Assembly (NCBI GenBank): GCA_046590885.1
Contig: JBKJTS010000105.1
Location: 1 to 33,800, forward strand
Direction of reading: 5' to 3'
DNA length: 33,800 nt
Source of the DNA: Gammaproteobacteria bacterium
Lineage (GTDB): Bacteria; Pseudomonadota; Gammaproteobacteria; Ga0077554; Ga007554
Part shown: in pieces, positions 1 through 9,744 of the stretch
How positions within the stretch are numbered: the stretch's first letter is position 1
Layout: each line of letters starts with the position of its first letter
Made by a program: the position numbers and the translations under genes
Notes under the pieces: generated by a model
The model's input: the letters and a program-made list of their open reading frames with translations, nothing else
Databases searched by the model: none
Told to the model about the DNA's origin: nothing

Positions 1-399
1 GCCGTAATATGCCATTAATCCGCCCAGAATAACCATGTTAATACCGAGTTCGACCAATTTAGTGACCACCGTTGTCAGAGGAAATATTTCGCGCGGAAAG
101 TAGATTTTGCGAATCAGGGTGGCATTGCCAACCACGCTGCCCACCCCTTCGGAGGTAGCCTCCTGGAAAAAGATCCACGGGATAAGGGCGACAAAGGTTA
201 GCAAAGGGTAGGGGATAGTACCGCTGTCAATGCCCACAAAGCTTCTGACAAGAGTAAAAATAAGCATAAGAGTCAATGGCTTAACTACTGCCCATGCAAT
301 ACCCATATATGCCTGTTTATATCTCAGGGTAATGTTTTTCCAGGCGAGCACCCCCATTAATTCGCGGTAAGCATAGAGATTTTTGGCGGACTGAATCAT
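1..399 (-). CDS. wzm: ABC-2 type polysaccharide exporter permease (Wzm), 3'-truncated by the window edge
   Basis: Not in the ORF track. Manual translation from the ATG at 399 gives MIQSAKNLYAYRELMGVLAWKNITLRYKQAYMGIAWAVVKPL...PWIFFQEA...LIRKIYFPREIFPL, open to base 1. The RY-x-GxxW-xxP and 'LIRKIYFPR' motifs are typical of Wzm. Confidence 0.9.
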   Translation of the reverse strand, partial: MIQSAKNLYAYRELMGVLAWKNITLRYKQAYMGIAWAVVKPLTLMLIFTLVRSFVGIDSGTIPYPLLTFVALIPWIFFQEATSEGVGSVVGNATLIRKIYFPREIFPLTTVVTKLVELGINMVILGGLMAYYG

Positions 400-594
400 G
401 AGTTTAAGTTACCAGAAAACAATTATTAAGCTGATTAAATTGATGGGTTAAATCTGATCTATTTTAACTTGGATCAGCATCTGTTTGCTCGACAATTATA
501 CACTGACTTAGGCTACAAAATATAGCGGGATCTGCAAGAGTATACTTAAGGCAATGATGTTGGCTTTGTGTTATTTACATTACATTGGCCACGC

Positions 595-705
595 TGTCAT
601 TTCTCCCGAAGGCGACCGCCAGGAGCAGTTCCCGGGGGAGATCATTGTCTCGAGTCTCAAACGAAGGTGAGAGATCTTCCAGGGCCTCGCTTCACTCAGG
701 TGACA
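595..705. repeat. Palindromic MITE/REP-like intergenic element, copy 1
   Basis: Bounded by TGTCA (595-599) and TGACA (701-705). Bases 615-630 (ACCGCCAGGAGCAGTT) are the exact reverse complement of 26908-26923. Confidence 0.65.
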
Positions 706-802
706 TGGTTTATATAAAGTCTGCCTTGGGTTTATTTAAGTGAACAGTATTGATACCTGAGAACTACTTTTCTAAAACACACGGGGACTGACGGCGGCCA
801 GA

Positions 803-1999
803 TCAAAGGTGCCTCTTCCCACCAATTCGCCAGGCAATATGGCGTCTATACCAGTCCTGGCTGCAGCGTTGTAGATGCTGACGCAGCGGTATCACACGGG
901 GTGGCAAGGTGGTGAGCCGTTGCATGGTCGCGTCGATAAGACCCTTCACCACGTGAACCGAATAATGTTGCTCGATGAAATGGTAGCCATGTCGCGCAAT
1001 CCGGTCGTGTAGGTCGGCATCGTCCAGCAGGGTGATCACCTGCGCGGCAAAACTTTCGGCGGTGTCGCCGATAAGCAAATCTTCACCGGGTGTCAGGCCG
1101 AAACCCTCGGCGCCAAACGAAGTCGTGACCACGGGAAGCCCGTAAGACATGGCTTCGCCCACCTTGCCTTTCATGCCGCCACCATAGCGAAGCGGGGCGA
1201 CCGAGATATAGGCGCTTTGGAGATGCGGGGCTGTTTCTGGCACATAGCCCAGCACATCCACGTGCTCGCCTGCCAGATCATGGATGACCTGCGGCGGGTG
1301 ACTGCCGATAATCTTCAGCCGTGCCAGCGGACGGGCGGCGGTAATGAGCGGCATTACCTCACGGCAGAAATACTGCATGGCATCCACGTTGGGAGCGTGC
1401 TTGAAGCCACCCACAAACACCAGTTCGCCAAAACGACGCTTTGTCTTGTCGGGAAAGGCCGGCACGGCGTGAATATTAGGAATGATCTCCACTGGCATGT
1501 CTGGCAGCGCCTGCCGGATCAGTTGCCGGTCGTCTTCGCTCACCGCAATGACCATATCGGCATTCGCATAAGCCGCCAATTCCTGTAGTTTTACTTCCTG
1601 TGCTTCTGCCAGATCCTCAGATTTGCCTGTCAACCTGGCTTTGGTTGCAAGCCGATTGAAATGCACATCGACAGAATCTACTACAAGCCGGGCTTGCGGG
1701 CAGTAGTGTTGAAGCAGAGCAAGATGCTCCGGCCGAACTTGGTTATAAAACTCGAACCACACAATGTCGGGTTTGAAGTGTTTGAGCGCATGCAACAGAT
1801 CCATTTCGCCTGAAGCAATGCCAGCCTGTTCAAGCAGCGCGCCGCCATCATTACTGGGCTTGGCGGTGCCATCCGCATTCAGGGCGCAGAAAAGCACATT
1901 GTGCTTCCGCGCCAGAAGTAAGAGCAGGGTATAAAAACGTAGATCGCCAGAGGCTTGGTCTGGCGTGGGGAAAGTGGCACTTATCACAAGCAGGTGCAT
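803..1999 (-). CDS. Glycosyltransferase family 4 (GT-B fold), surface glycan biosynthesis
   Basis: 398 aa ORF with 'FVGGFKHAPNVDA', 'VAPLRYGGGMKGKVGEAMSYGLPVVTTSFGAEG' and 'DSVDVHF' motifs; lies in a wzm/wzt locus. Confidence 0.9.
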   Translation of the reverse strand: MHLLVISATFPTPDQASGDLRFYTLLLLLARKHNVLFCALNADGTAKPSNDGGALLEQAGIASGEMDLLHALKHFKPDIVWFEFYNQVRPEHLALLQHYCPQARLVVDSVDVHFNRLATKARLTGKSEDLAEAQEVKLQELAAYANADMVIAVSEDDRQLIRQALPDMPVEIIPNIHAVPAFPDKTKRRFGELVFVGGFKHAPNVDAMQYFCREVMPLITAARPLARLKIIGSHPPQVIHDLAGEHVDVLGYVPETAPHLQSAYISVAPLRYGGGMKGKVGEAMSYGLPVVTTSFGAEGFGLTPGEDLLIGDTAESFAAQVITLLDDADLHDRIARHGYHFIEQHYSVHVVKGLIDATMQRLTTLPPRVIPLRQHLQRCSQDWYRRHIAWRIGGKRHL

Positions 2000-2042
2000 G
2001 ATCTATTTACCAGAAAGTTTTCATAAAAAGTAGCATTACAAG

Positions 2043-3332
2043 CTACTCAAAATTAAGTTTTGCCAAGGAAAGTATCCTGGGAAGGTGTTTGTTTATTTGC
2101 GCTCGCAATTCTGATGTTCTTGCCAAAGTGGTTTTGGCTAGATCAGCAAGTCCATTGGAATTAAAAGCATTGCTGGGGGATATGATCATATTTTGTAATT
2201 CGAAATGCTCGAGCAGCCCTTCCATCTTGCCTTGGTAACCAATGCAGATTGCGGGTGTGCCTTGGCCAAGGCAGGCTATGGCTAAGTGCATTCGGCCCGT
2301 TATCGCGAAATCCAGTTCCCCACATACCGCTTTAACTTCTTCAGCAGAGCAAGTGTTTGGCATTGAAAAAATTCTTTTACTGAGAGCGGCGTTCCCAAAG
2401 CTTGCCATTTCAGTAGTGATGCGATTGAGGACAACATCGTTGAAAGCACCTCTGAAGTCGTGAGGTATCATTACAATACATAATTCTGGATGAGTTCTAT
2501 GTAAATCGATAATGGTGTGGGCCAATCCTGTTGCAATAGGAAACGGATCTTCGAAGTTACCGCGTGCGAGAAGCGAATTTGCGTTGATACCGATTACCTT
2601 AGCGCCCTGAGCACGTTGATGTTTGATCCAGCTTAAAGTAGATTTTGCCGATTCCCCGGTTGGATCAGGGTGAATCAGGAATGCAAGATCAGCGACTAAA
2701 CGAACCGAACGATCTAATCTACTTTCAAGACGTCTACACGAAACTGGATCACGGGCTAATAAAGTGACATTGGCAGGTAATGCCCGTAATGCGGTAACGA
2801 CGACATCAGCGGGTTGCTCGTTAAAACTAAAGCCGAAAACCTTACTCGGTAAACCTAAGGATGCAGCAAGACTTAAAAGATGGATTTTTTGTAATGATTC
2901 AATTGGGGAGTAATAGCCATCCATAACATCCGCGCCTACCACGAACAAACCATCCTTTGCGGCGAAATATTTTAAGAAGCGGATGGAGTCAATTATTGAG
3001 CCATCGAAATAAAGTTGGGGATTTAGCAGATTGTCAGCGAATACCGGCATGTCAGCGCGGGAAGGCCTGCCTGAAGTGAGTAATGCAACTTCGTTGTAAT
3101 GATTCTCTCGTAATCCTCTTATTGCGGCTAATAACATTGCTTGGTCACCCAGACTGCCAAAGCTGGGGGCGGGGTGCAGAATCATAGCGCCTTTTTTATT
3201 TTTATCACTGTTTTTGACTACGGGTAAGAACGACTTCAATGATGAATGTGCGAGGCGCCTTAACATATGCCCGGTGCTGTTAACCCCAGTGAATAGCTTA
3301 TGCTCGGAAGACATATCGTGAAGGTTACACAT
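2043..3332 (-). CDS. Polysaccharide pyruvyltransferase family protein (WcaK/CsaB-like)
   Basis: Motifs 'SLGDQAML', 'ARDPVS', 'VADLAF' and 'ITGRMHLAIACLGQGTPAICIGYQGK' match the PS_pyruv_trans pattern. The start codon is uncertain. Confidence 0.85.
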   Translation of the reverse strand: MCNLHDMSSEHKLFTGVNSTGHMLRRLAHSSLKSFLPVVKNSDKNKKGAMILHPAPSFGSLGDQAMLLAAIRGLRENHYNEVALLTSGRPSRADMPVFADNLLNPQLYFDGSIIDSIRFLKYFAAKDGLFVVGADVMDGYYSPIESLQKIHLLSLAASLGLPSKVFGFSFNEQPADVVVTALRALPANVTLLARDPVSCRRLESRLDRSVRLVADLAFLIHPDPTGESAKSTLSWIKHQRAQGAKVIGINANSLLARGNFEDPFPIATGLAHTIIDLHRTHPELCIVMIPHDFRGAFNDVVLNRITTEMASFGNAALSKRIFSMPNTCSAEEVKAVCGELDFAITGRMHLAIACLGQGTPAICIGYQGKMEGLLEHFELQNMIISPSNAFNSNGLADLAKTTLARTSELRAQINKHLPRILSLAKLNFE

Positions 3333-4593
3333 CTTTTGGTGGGCGCATTAAGCTGATGGTATCTTCATGCTCAAATGACCATGCGGCAGAAATATCTATA
3401 AGCCCGATTTCTGGCAATCGAGTGACGTCATATTTTCCTGGGGATACCAATACCGGCAGAATGTTTTCTCCATACCAAAGCATCTGCCTGTATTGATCCA
3501 GAAAGGCAAGTCGCAGGCTGTATGAAAACGGCCGCAGGGGGATATCCGCCAACCGGCAGGTTACTTGATGTGAGCCGGCCGCCAGGTTGGGTCGAATGTC
3601 CGGCAGCGCATTGCTCACGGCAAGCACATGGACAAAGTCTGAAGTATGTAATCCCACTACAACTTCCGGGCGTTCCAACGGCTTGTCGCAAACAAAGAAA
3701 ATGCGCACGGTGAGAGGTTCATGCAGCCCCGTGCTATTCACCGTCATTCCTTCATCGTTAAGGAGTTCGATTTTTTTTACCCGAATTGAACCGCTGCCCT
3801 GCTGCGGGGTAATTTCACCATCGAGGTGAGTGTGCCTGGCCAAGGTGCGTTGTTGTGCCTCCCGGAAGAAGGTGCCGCAGACTTCACGTGGACTGCCGTC
3901 CTGCGATATGCGGCCATGATCCAAGAGCATTACCCGACCACAGATGCGTTCAAGTTGGCGGATGTTGTGACCTACAATGATTACGGTGCGGCCTTCCCCT
4001 TTGATGAGACTTTCCATCCGATCGATGCATTTTTGCTGGAACGCCAGATCTCCCACTGCCAGGACCTCATCGACTATCAGAATATCCGCATCCACACTGG
4101 TAGCAATGGCAAACCCCAGCCGCACTGACATACCCGAGCTGTAGCGCTTGATTGGCGTATCAATAAATTCTTCCAGTTCGGCGAAAGCAACGATATCGTC
4201 AAACTTGCGCTTTATTTCTGCCTTGGGTATCCCCAGGATTGCGCCATTGAGAAAGACATTCTCACGCCCGGTGAGATCCCCGATCAGTCCCGCCCCCACT
4301 TCAATCAGTGGCGCCACTTTGCCACGGATTGTAACGCTGCCCTGCGTGGGCACACTGATTTGCGCCAGCATCTTTAATAATGTGCTCTTGCCCGCGCCAT
4401 TATGGCCAATAATGCCCAGCACTTCGCCGGCTTCAACTTTAAAGTCTACATCGTCCAGTGCCTTGAAAAGGGGACGTTCGTGCACGGGCTGGCCACGCAG
4501 TTTTGCCGCAGCGCGTTGCAGGCTATGCTTGAGGCTTTGCAATTGCCCAAGGCGGTATTCCTTGGTGATGTGGTTGACTTCGATAATGGACAT
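3325..4593 (-). CDS. wzt: Polysaccharide ABC exporter ATP-binding protein Wzt with C-terminal carbohydrate-binding-type domain
   Basis: Walker A GHNGAGKST, signature YSSGM, Walker B 'IVDEVLAVGD', plus a C-terminal extension of roughly 170 aa typical of Wzt_C. Confidence 0.93.
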   Translation of the reverse strand: MSIIEVNHITKEYRLGQLQSLKHSLQRAAAKLRGQPVHERPLFKALDDVDFKVEAGEVLGIIGHNGAGKSTLLKMLAQISVPTQGSVTIRGKVAPLIEVGAGLIGDLTGRENVFLNGAILGIPKAEIKRKFDDIVAFAELEEFIDTPIKRYSSGMSVRLGFAIATSVDADILIVDEVLAVGDLAFQQKCIDRMESLIKGEGRTVIIVGHNIRQLERICGRVMLLDHGRISQDGSPREVCGTFFREAQQRTLARHTHLDGEITPQQGSGSIRVKKIELLNDEGMTVNSTGLHEPLTVRIFFVCDKPLERPEVVVGLHTSDFVHVLAVSNALPDIRPNLAAGSHQVTCRLADIPLRPFSYSLRLAFLDQYRQMLWYGENILPVLVSPGKYDVTRLPEIGLIDISAAWSFEHEDTISLMRPPKDV

Positions 4594-4919
4594 GGGGGTA
4601 GGGCGTCAGTCTACGTACGGAGTACAAGCTGATTTGTATTGGCTGACGCTCCATTTCAGGAGAGCAAGGCGCGCAAGTCTTCGTTCCAGCGATGTTTGCA
4701 TTTCATGTTTCCCTACATTGCAGGGGCGATTATGTGGTCTTAATCAATAAAATACAATAATTGCTCTATTTTTCAGCTCACCAATTAAACCATGTGCATA
4801 CAAATACATCATGAGGTTAAAGAAATAATATAACCTTTTACAAGAGGTTTTAGGCTGCATTCATTAACCTGTGAAATAGACATATTGGCACTTTCCGAGG
4901 CTGAGGAAGAGATACCATA

Positions 4920-4947
4920 TTGACGTGGGCGTTGAATGGCTTATACT
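4920..4947 (+). promoter_or_regulatory. Putative sigma70 promoter of the rubrerythrin operon
   Basis: TTGACG (4920-4925), 16-nt spacer, TATACT (4942-4947). Confidence 0.55.
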
Positions 4948-4958
4948 TTAAAAATGGT

Positions 4959-4973
4959 TTAGACAAAGTCTAA
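4959..4973. promoter_or_regulatory. Palindromic operator (Fur/PerR/Irr-family-like)
   Basis: Perfect 6-3-6 inverted repeat TTAGAC-AAA-GTCTAA just downstream of the -10 box and upstream of the rubrerythrin gene. Confidence 0.55.
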
Positions 4974-5016
4974 TCCGTCATTCGTGGTAAATTAAACATA
5001 TTTTGAGGAGGGGATT

Positions 5017-5439
5017 ATGGTGCTTCTTAAAGGTAGCCAAACTGAAGAAAATTTAAAGGCCGCGTTTGCTGGGGAATCGCAGGCTAACCGTCGTTATCTC
5101 TATTTTGCTGCCAAAGCAGATGTTGAAGGTTATAACGATGTCTCCGCCGTATTCCGTTCTACAGCGGAAGGGGAGACGGGCCACGCTCACGGCCATCTGG
5201 AATATCTGGAAGCCTCTGGTGACCCGGCGACAGGCCTGCCTATTGGCCCGACGGCGGCTAATCTGAAAGCGGCAATTGCGGGTGAAACACACGAATATAC
5301 CGACATGTATCCCGGCATGGCGAAAGCCGCCCGTGTCGAGGGTTTTAATGAGATTGCTGACTGGTTTGAGACGCTGGCCAAGGCCGAGCGTTCTCATGCT
5401 AACCGCTTTCAAAAGGCGCTGGATAGCTTGGGCAATTAA
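5017..5439 (+). CDS. rbr: Short rubrerythrin (di-iron ferritin-like domain, no rubredoxin domain)
   Basis: 'NLKAAFAGESQANRRY', 'EGETGHA', 'GETHEYTDMYPGMA' and 'AERSHA' supply the di-iron ligands. Strong SD (GAGGAGG). No C-terminal CxxC pairs. Confidence 0.93.
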   Translation: MVLLKGSQTEENLKAAFAGESQANRRYLYFAAKADVEGYNDVSAVFRSTAEGETGHAHGHLEYLEASGDPATGLPIGPTAANLKAAIAGETHEYTDMYPGMAKAARVEGFNEIADWFETLAKAERSHANRFQKALDSLGN

Positions 5440-5447
5440 TGGGGAGT

Positions 5448-5494
5448 GGGTTCGAGCGGCATTCAGGGAGACTTTGCGTCCCCCGCTCGAACCC
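5448..5494 (+). terminator. Intercistronic stem-loop after rbr (attenuator or mRNA stabiliser)
   Basis: Perfect 12-bp arms GGGTTCGAGCGG (5448-5459) and CCGCTCGAACCC (5483-5494), followed by only a short GTCTTT tail. Confidence 0.45.
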
Positions 5495-5537
5495 GTCTTT
5501 GGGTTATTCATAAACCCCCTTTCATCCAGGAGCAAGC

Positions 5538-6884
5538 ATGTCAAAACCGCCGGATGATCGACGCGAAGGTAGCCTGGAAGCGCCTACCCGCCACCCGCTG
5601 GACTGGAAAAACCCCGATTTTTACAACGAAGCCTCCGTGTTGCATGAAATGGAGCGCGTCTTTGATATTTGCCATGGCTGCCGCCGTTGTTTTAGTTTGT
5701 GCCAGTCATTTCCACTGTTGTTTGAAGCCATTGACACGTCAGATACGATGGAACTGGATAGCGTTGATAAAAAAGTCTATTGGGATGTCGTAGACAACTG
5801 CTATTTATGTGACATGTGTTACATGACTAAATGCCCGTATGTGCCCCCTCACGAATGGAATGTTGATTTTCCCCATCTCATGTTGCGTGGCAAGGCGGTT
5901 AAACACCAGAAAGGTGAGGACAAGCTGCGTGATAAGATTCTTGCCTCTACCGATGCCGTAGGCAAACTAGCCAGCATCCCCGTGGTCGTGCAAGTGGTGA
6001 ATGCTGCAAATAAAAACCAGACGCTACGCAATGTGCTAGATAAGGTCGCTGGCATCCATGCCAATGCCCTGTTGCCTGAATTTCACAGCGACAACCTGCG
6101 CAAGCAGGCCGCCCGTCGCACTGTGCCAAATATTACGGTGGTTGCAACAGAGCGTACACGCGGCAAGGTCGCCTTGTTTGCCACCTGTTACGGTAACCGT
6201 AACGAACCACAAATTGGCATGGATTTGATCGCGGTGCTGGAGCATAACGGTATTGTGGTAACGCTAGTTCCGCAGGAACAATGTTGCGGTATGCCCAAGC
6301 TGGAATTAGGTGATCTTGAAGCAGTGGCACGTGCCAAACAGGCTAACATTCCCGTGCTGGCGAAACTGGTGGAAGAAGGTTGGGATATTATGGCGCCTGT
6401 GCCTTCATGCGTGCTGATGTTCAAGCAGGAACTCCCCTTGATGTTCCCGGATGATGTTGAGGTGGCCAAGGTACGCAAGGCGATATTTGATCCCTTTGAA
6501 TATTTAATGTTACGGCATAAAGAAGGGCGGCTGAAAACCGATTTCAAGAAAGCACTGGGTAAAGTTTCTTATCATGTATCCTGTCATTTGCGTGTGCAAA
6601 ACATTGGCCTGAAAACCCGGGATACGCTGCACTTGATTCCGGGGACGCAGGTCGAGCCGATTGAGCGTTGTTCCGGGCATAATGGCACCTATGCGATAAA
6701 GAGTGAATATCACGAGGCCTCCATGAAGATCGGCAAACCGGTTGTGAACCGCGTTAAACAGGCCCAGGCAGATTATTACAGCAGTGATTGTCCGATGGCA
6801 GGTCACCAGATAGAAAATGGCCTGGATGACGGCAGCGCACCGCTGCATCCTTTATCATTGTTACGTTTGGCTTATGGTATTTAA
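5538..6884 (+). CDS. Rubrerythrin-associated Fe-S oxidoreductase (GlpC/HdrD-like; 4Fe-4S plus CCG domains)
   Basis: CHGCRRCFSLC and CYLCDMCYMTKCP clusters, CCG-type motifs (QCCGMP, RCSGHNG), and position between rbr and DUF3501. Confidence 0.88.
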   Translation: MSKPPDDRREGSLEAPTRHPLDWKNPDFYNEASVLHEMERVFDICHGCRRCFSLCQSFPLLFEAIDTSDTMELDSVDKKVYWDVVDNCYLCDMCYMTKCPYVPPHEWNVDFPHLMLRGKAVKHQKGEDKLRDKILASTDAVGKLASIPVVVQVVNAANKNQTLRNVLDKVAGIHANALLPEFHSDNLRKQAARRTVPNITVVATERTRGKVALFATCYGNRNEPQIGMDLIAVLEHNGIVVTLVPQEQCCGMPKLELGDLEAVARAKQANIPVLAKLVEEGWDIMAPVPSCVLMFKQELPLMFPDDVEVAKVRKAIFDPFEYLMLRHKEGRLKTDFKKALGKVSYHVSCHLRVQNIGLKTRDTLHLIPGTQVEPIERCSGHNGTYAIKSEYHEASMKIGKPVVNRVKQAQADYYSSDCPMAGHQIENGLDDGSAPLHPLSLLRLAYGI

Positions 6885-6889
6885 TTAAC

Positions 6890-6921
6890 ACTCCCCTCTC
6901 CCCCATCCGGGCGAGGGGAGT
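6890..6921. repeat. Short intercistronic inverted repeat (REP-like)
   Basis: ACTCCCCTC (6890-6898) pairs with GAGGGGAGT (6913-6921). Confidence 0.45.
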
Positions 6922-6946
6922 AAATGCATATATTCAGGTCATTAAC

Positions 6947-7531
6947 ATGAAAAAACTTACACGCGCTGATTTATATGGCCTGGAAAAATATGCTGAGTTG
7001 CGTTCATTATTTCGCACCGAAGTGATGGCACATAAAGAACATCGGCGTGTTGCCATTGGCCCACACGCCACTTTGTATTTTGAAGACCGTTTGACCATTC
7101 AATATCAGATTCAGGAAATGTTGCGTGCCGAGCGCATTTTTGAGCCTGCAGGCATTGAGGAAGAACTGGCGGCATACAACCCGCTGATTCCCGATGGTCA
7201 TAACTGGAAAGCCACCTTCATGATTGAATATGATGATGTGAGCGAGCGCCAGCAGGCGCTGGCGCGTATGACGCATATTGAAGATCGGGTCTGGGTGCAG
7301 GTAAATAACTATGAGCGTGTCTGGGCGATTGCCGACGAAGACATGGATCGCACCAATGATGAGAAAACTTCAGCGGTTCATTTTCTGCGCTTTGAGTTTA
7401 CACCATTAATGATTTCTGCCGCGAAAGATGGGGCTCCAATTGCTGTAGGAATAGACCATGACGCTTACCAATCGCAAGTGGACAGGCTGCCCCCAGAGAT
7501 ACACCACGCCTTATTACAGGATTTATGTTAA
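6947..7531 (+). CDS. DUF3501 family protein
   Basis: 'YFEDRLTIQYQIQEMLRAE', 'AYNPLIP', 'KATFMIEY' and 'KTSAVHFLRF' motifs; this family is the known third member of the rbr/Fe-S oxidoreductase cluster. Confidence 0.85.
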   Translation: MKKLTRADLYGLEKYAELRSLFRTEVMAHKEHRRVAIGPHATLYFEDRLTIQYQIQEMLRAERIFEPAGIEEELAAYNPLIPDGHNWKATFMIEYDDVSERQQALARMTHIEDRVWVQVNNYERVWAIADEDMDRTNDEKTSAVHFLRFEFTPLMISAAKDGAPIAVGIDHDAYQSQVDRLPPEIHHALLQDLC

Positions 7532-7819
7532 AAATAAAATTATATATATCATATAGTTATAATATACTATTTGTTAAATATCATTCCGCACGATCTTAAG
7601 CAATATACCTCACTTCATTCGTAATAACAGAGCCATACTGACTTCTTTGCGGCGAGGATCTTTGTCTAAGTCAGCTATAAAGATTGACCGGGATTAAGTA
7701 ATAAGCGATTATCTGCCGCTATCTTTTGCACTTTCCCCACAATTGGCATTTTGATTGACACTCTGCAGGCGTCACCTCACGCGTGTGCAGAATGATTTAA
7801 GAGTACACACGATTTTTTC

Positions 7820-9724
7820 ATGAACAATCGAATGATAAATAATAATTATGATGCCTCAGCGATTGAGGTTTTAAGTGGCCTCGATCCTGTGCGCAAGCGT
7901 CCTGGGATGTACACCGATACCACGCGGCCCAATCATCTTGCCCAAGAGATCATCGACAACAGCGTTGATGAAGCCATTGCCGGGTTCGCCAAACGCATTG
8001 ATGTGATCCTGCATAAAGATGGCTCTGTGGAAGTTAGTGATAATGGGCGCGGCATGCCAGTGGATATCCATCCTGAGGAAGGCGTATCCGGCGTGGAAGT
8101 GATTTTGACGCGCTTGCATGCGGGCGGTAAATTTTCCAATAAAAGCTATACGTTTTCCGGCGGCTTGCATGGCGTAGGCATATCCGTGGTTAATGCCTTG
8201 TCAAAACATCTGGAAGTATGGGTGCGCCGGGGCGGCAAAGAGTATCACATGGCGTTCGCCGACGGGGAAAAGGTCTCCAAGCTGAAATCCATCGGCACCG
8301 TTGATAAACAAATATCCGGTACTACGGTCCGTTTCTGGCCAGACCCTAAATATTTTGATACACCAAAATTCCTGGTGCCGAAGTTGCAGCATATATTGCG
8401 TGCCAAAGCCGTGTTATGTCCGGGCTTACTGGTGACATTTCATGATGAGGCAAGCAAGGAAAAAATTGAATGGCAGTATCAGGATGGCCTGAAAGATTAT
8501 TTGCTCGATGAATTGCAACGTACGCCATTGTTGCCCGAAGAGCCGTTTGTCGGCCATTTTGAAGGTAATAAAGAAGTCGCTGACTGGGCAGTGGTGTGGT
8601 TGCCCGAAAGTGGCGAACTGATTACTGAAAGCTATGTTAATTTGATCCCGACCATTCAAGGTGGAACGCATGTTAATGGTTTGCGCACGGGATTGACTGA
8701 AGCGATTCGTGAATTTTGTGATTTCCGTAATTTATTGCCGCGTGGCGTGCGCCTGGCACCGGAAGACGTGTGGGACCGTTGCAGTTATATTCTTTCCGTA
8801 AAGTTGCAGGATCCGCAATTCAGTGGTCAGACCAAAGAGCGATTGTCATCGCGTGAATGTGCCGCGTTTGTTTCGGGTGTTGCCAAAGATTCATTTGGCT
8901 TATGGCTGAACCAGCACACCGAAATGGGCGAGCGCCTCGCGCTGTTTGTCATTAATAACGCCCAGACCCGCTTGCGTGCAGGCAAAGCCGTGGTGCGCAA
9001 AAAGATCACCAGCGGTCCGGCGTTACCCGGTAAACTGGCGGATTGCACATCACAAGACTTGACGCGCACTGAATTATTTCTGGTGGAGGGCGATTCTGCG
9101 GGCGGCTCGGCAAAACAAGCCCGTTCCCGCGAATTTCAGGCCATTATGCCATTGCGTGGTAAGATTCTTAATACCTGGGAAGTGGATTCAAACGAAGTGC
9201 TGGCATCACAGGAAGTGCATGATATCGCCGTGGCGATTGGTGTAAACCCTGGCTCCGATAAACTGGAGGGATTGCGTTACGGCAAGATCTGCATCCTGGC
9301 TGACGCCGACTCCGACGGGGCGCATATTGCCACATTACTGTGTGCCTTGTTCCTGCGTCACTTTCGGCCATTGGTAGTGGCTGGCCATATTTATGTTGCC
9401 ATGCCACCGCTGTACCGCATTGATGTGGGCAAAGAGATTTTTTATGCGCTGGATGATGCTGAAAAGCAGGGCGTGCTGGATCGCCTTGCGGCCGAAAAGA
9501 TCAAGGGCAAAGTGAGCATTCAGCGCTTTAAGGGGCTGGGTGAAATGAATCCTCAGCAATTACGCGAAACTACCATTGCTCCGGATACGCGCCGCTTGAT
9601 TCAACTGACCATAGACAAGAACGATAAAACAGACAGTCTGATTGATATGCTGCTGGCAAAAAAACGTGCGTCAGATCGCAAGGTGTGGTTGGAAGACAAG
9701 GGAAATCTTGCCGATGTTTTGTAA
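7820..9724 (+). CDS. parE: DNA topoisomerase IV subunit B
   Basis: 'VRKRPGMY', 'EIIDNSVDE', 'GGLHGVGISVVNALS', 'LVEGDSAGGSAKQAR', 'PLRGKILN', 'DADSDG', 'RFKGLGEMN'. No GyrB-type insertion; upstream of parC. The start may be the ATG at 7832. Confidence 0.96.
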   Translation: MNNRMINNNYDASAIEVLSGLDPVRKRPGMYTDTTRPNHLAQEIIDNSVDEAIAGFAKRIDVILHKDGSVEVSDNGRGMPVDIHPEEGVSGVEVILTRLHAGGKFSNKSYTFSGGLHGVGISVVNALSKHLEVWVRRGGKEYHMAFADGEKVSKLKSIGTVDKQISGTTVRFWPDPKYFDTPKFLVPKLQHILRAKAVLCPGLLVTFHDEASKEKIEWQYQDGLKDYLLDELQRTPLLPEEPFVGHFEGNKEVADWAVVWLPESGELITESYVNLIPTIQGGTHVNGLRTGLTEAIREFCDFRNLLPRGVRLAPEDVWDRCSYILSVKLQDPQFSGQTKERLSSRECAAFVSGVAKDSFGLWLNQHTEMGERLALFVINNAQTRLRAGKAVVRKKITSGPALPGKLADCTSQDLTRTELFLVEGDSAGGSAKQARSREFQAIMPLRGKILNTWEVDSNEVLASQEVHDIAVAIGVNPGSDKLEGLRYGKICILADADSDGAHIATLLCALFLRHFRPLVVAGHIYVAMPPLYRIDVGKEIFYALDDAEKQGVLDRLAAEKIKGKVSIQRFKGLGEMNPQQLRETTIAPDTRRLIQLTIDKNDKTDSLIDMLLAKKRASDRKVWLEDKGNLADVL

Positions 9725-9744
9725 TGCTTTAAATTAAGACCGCC

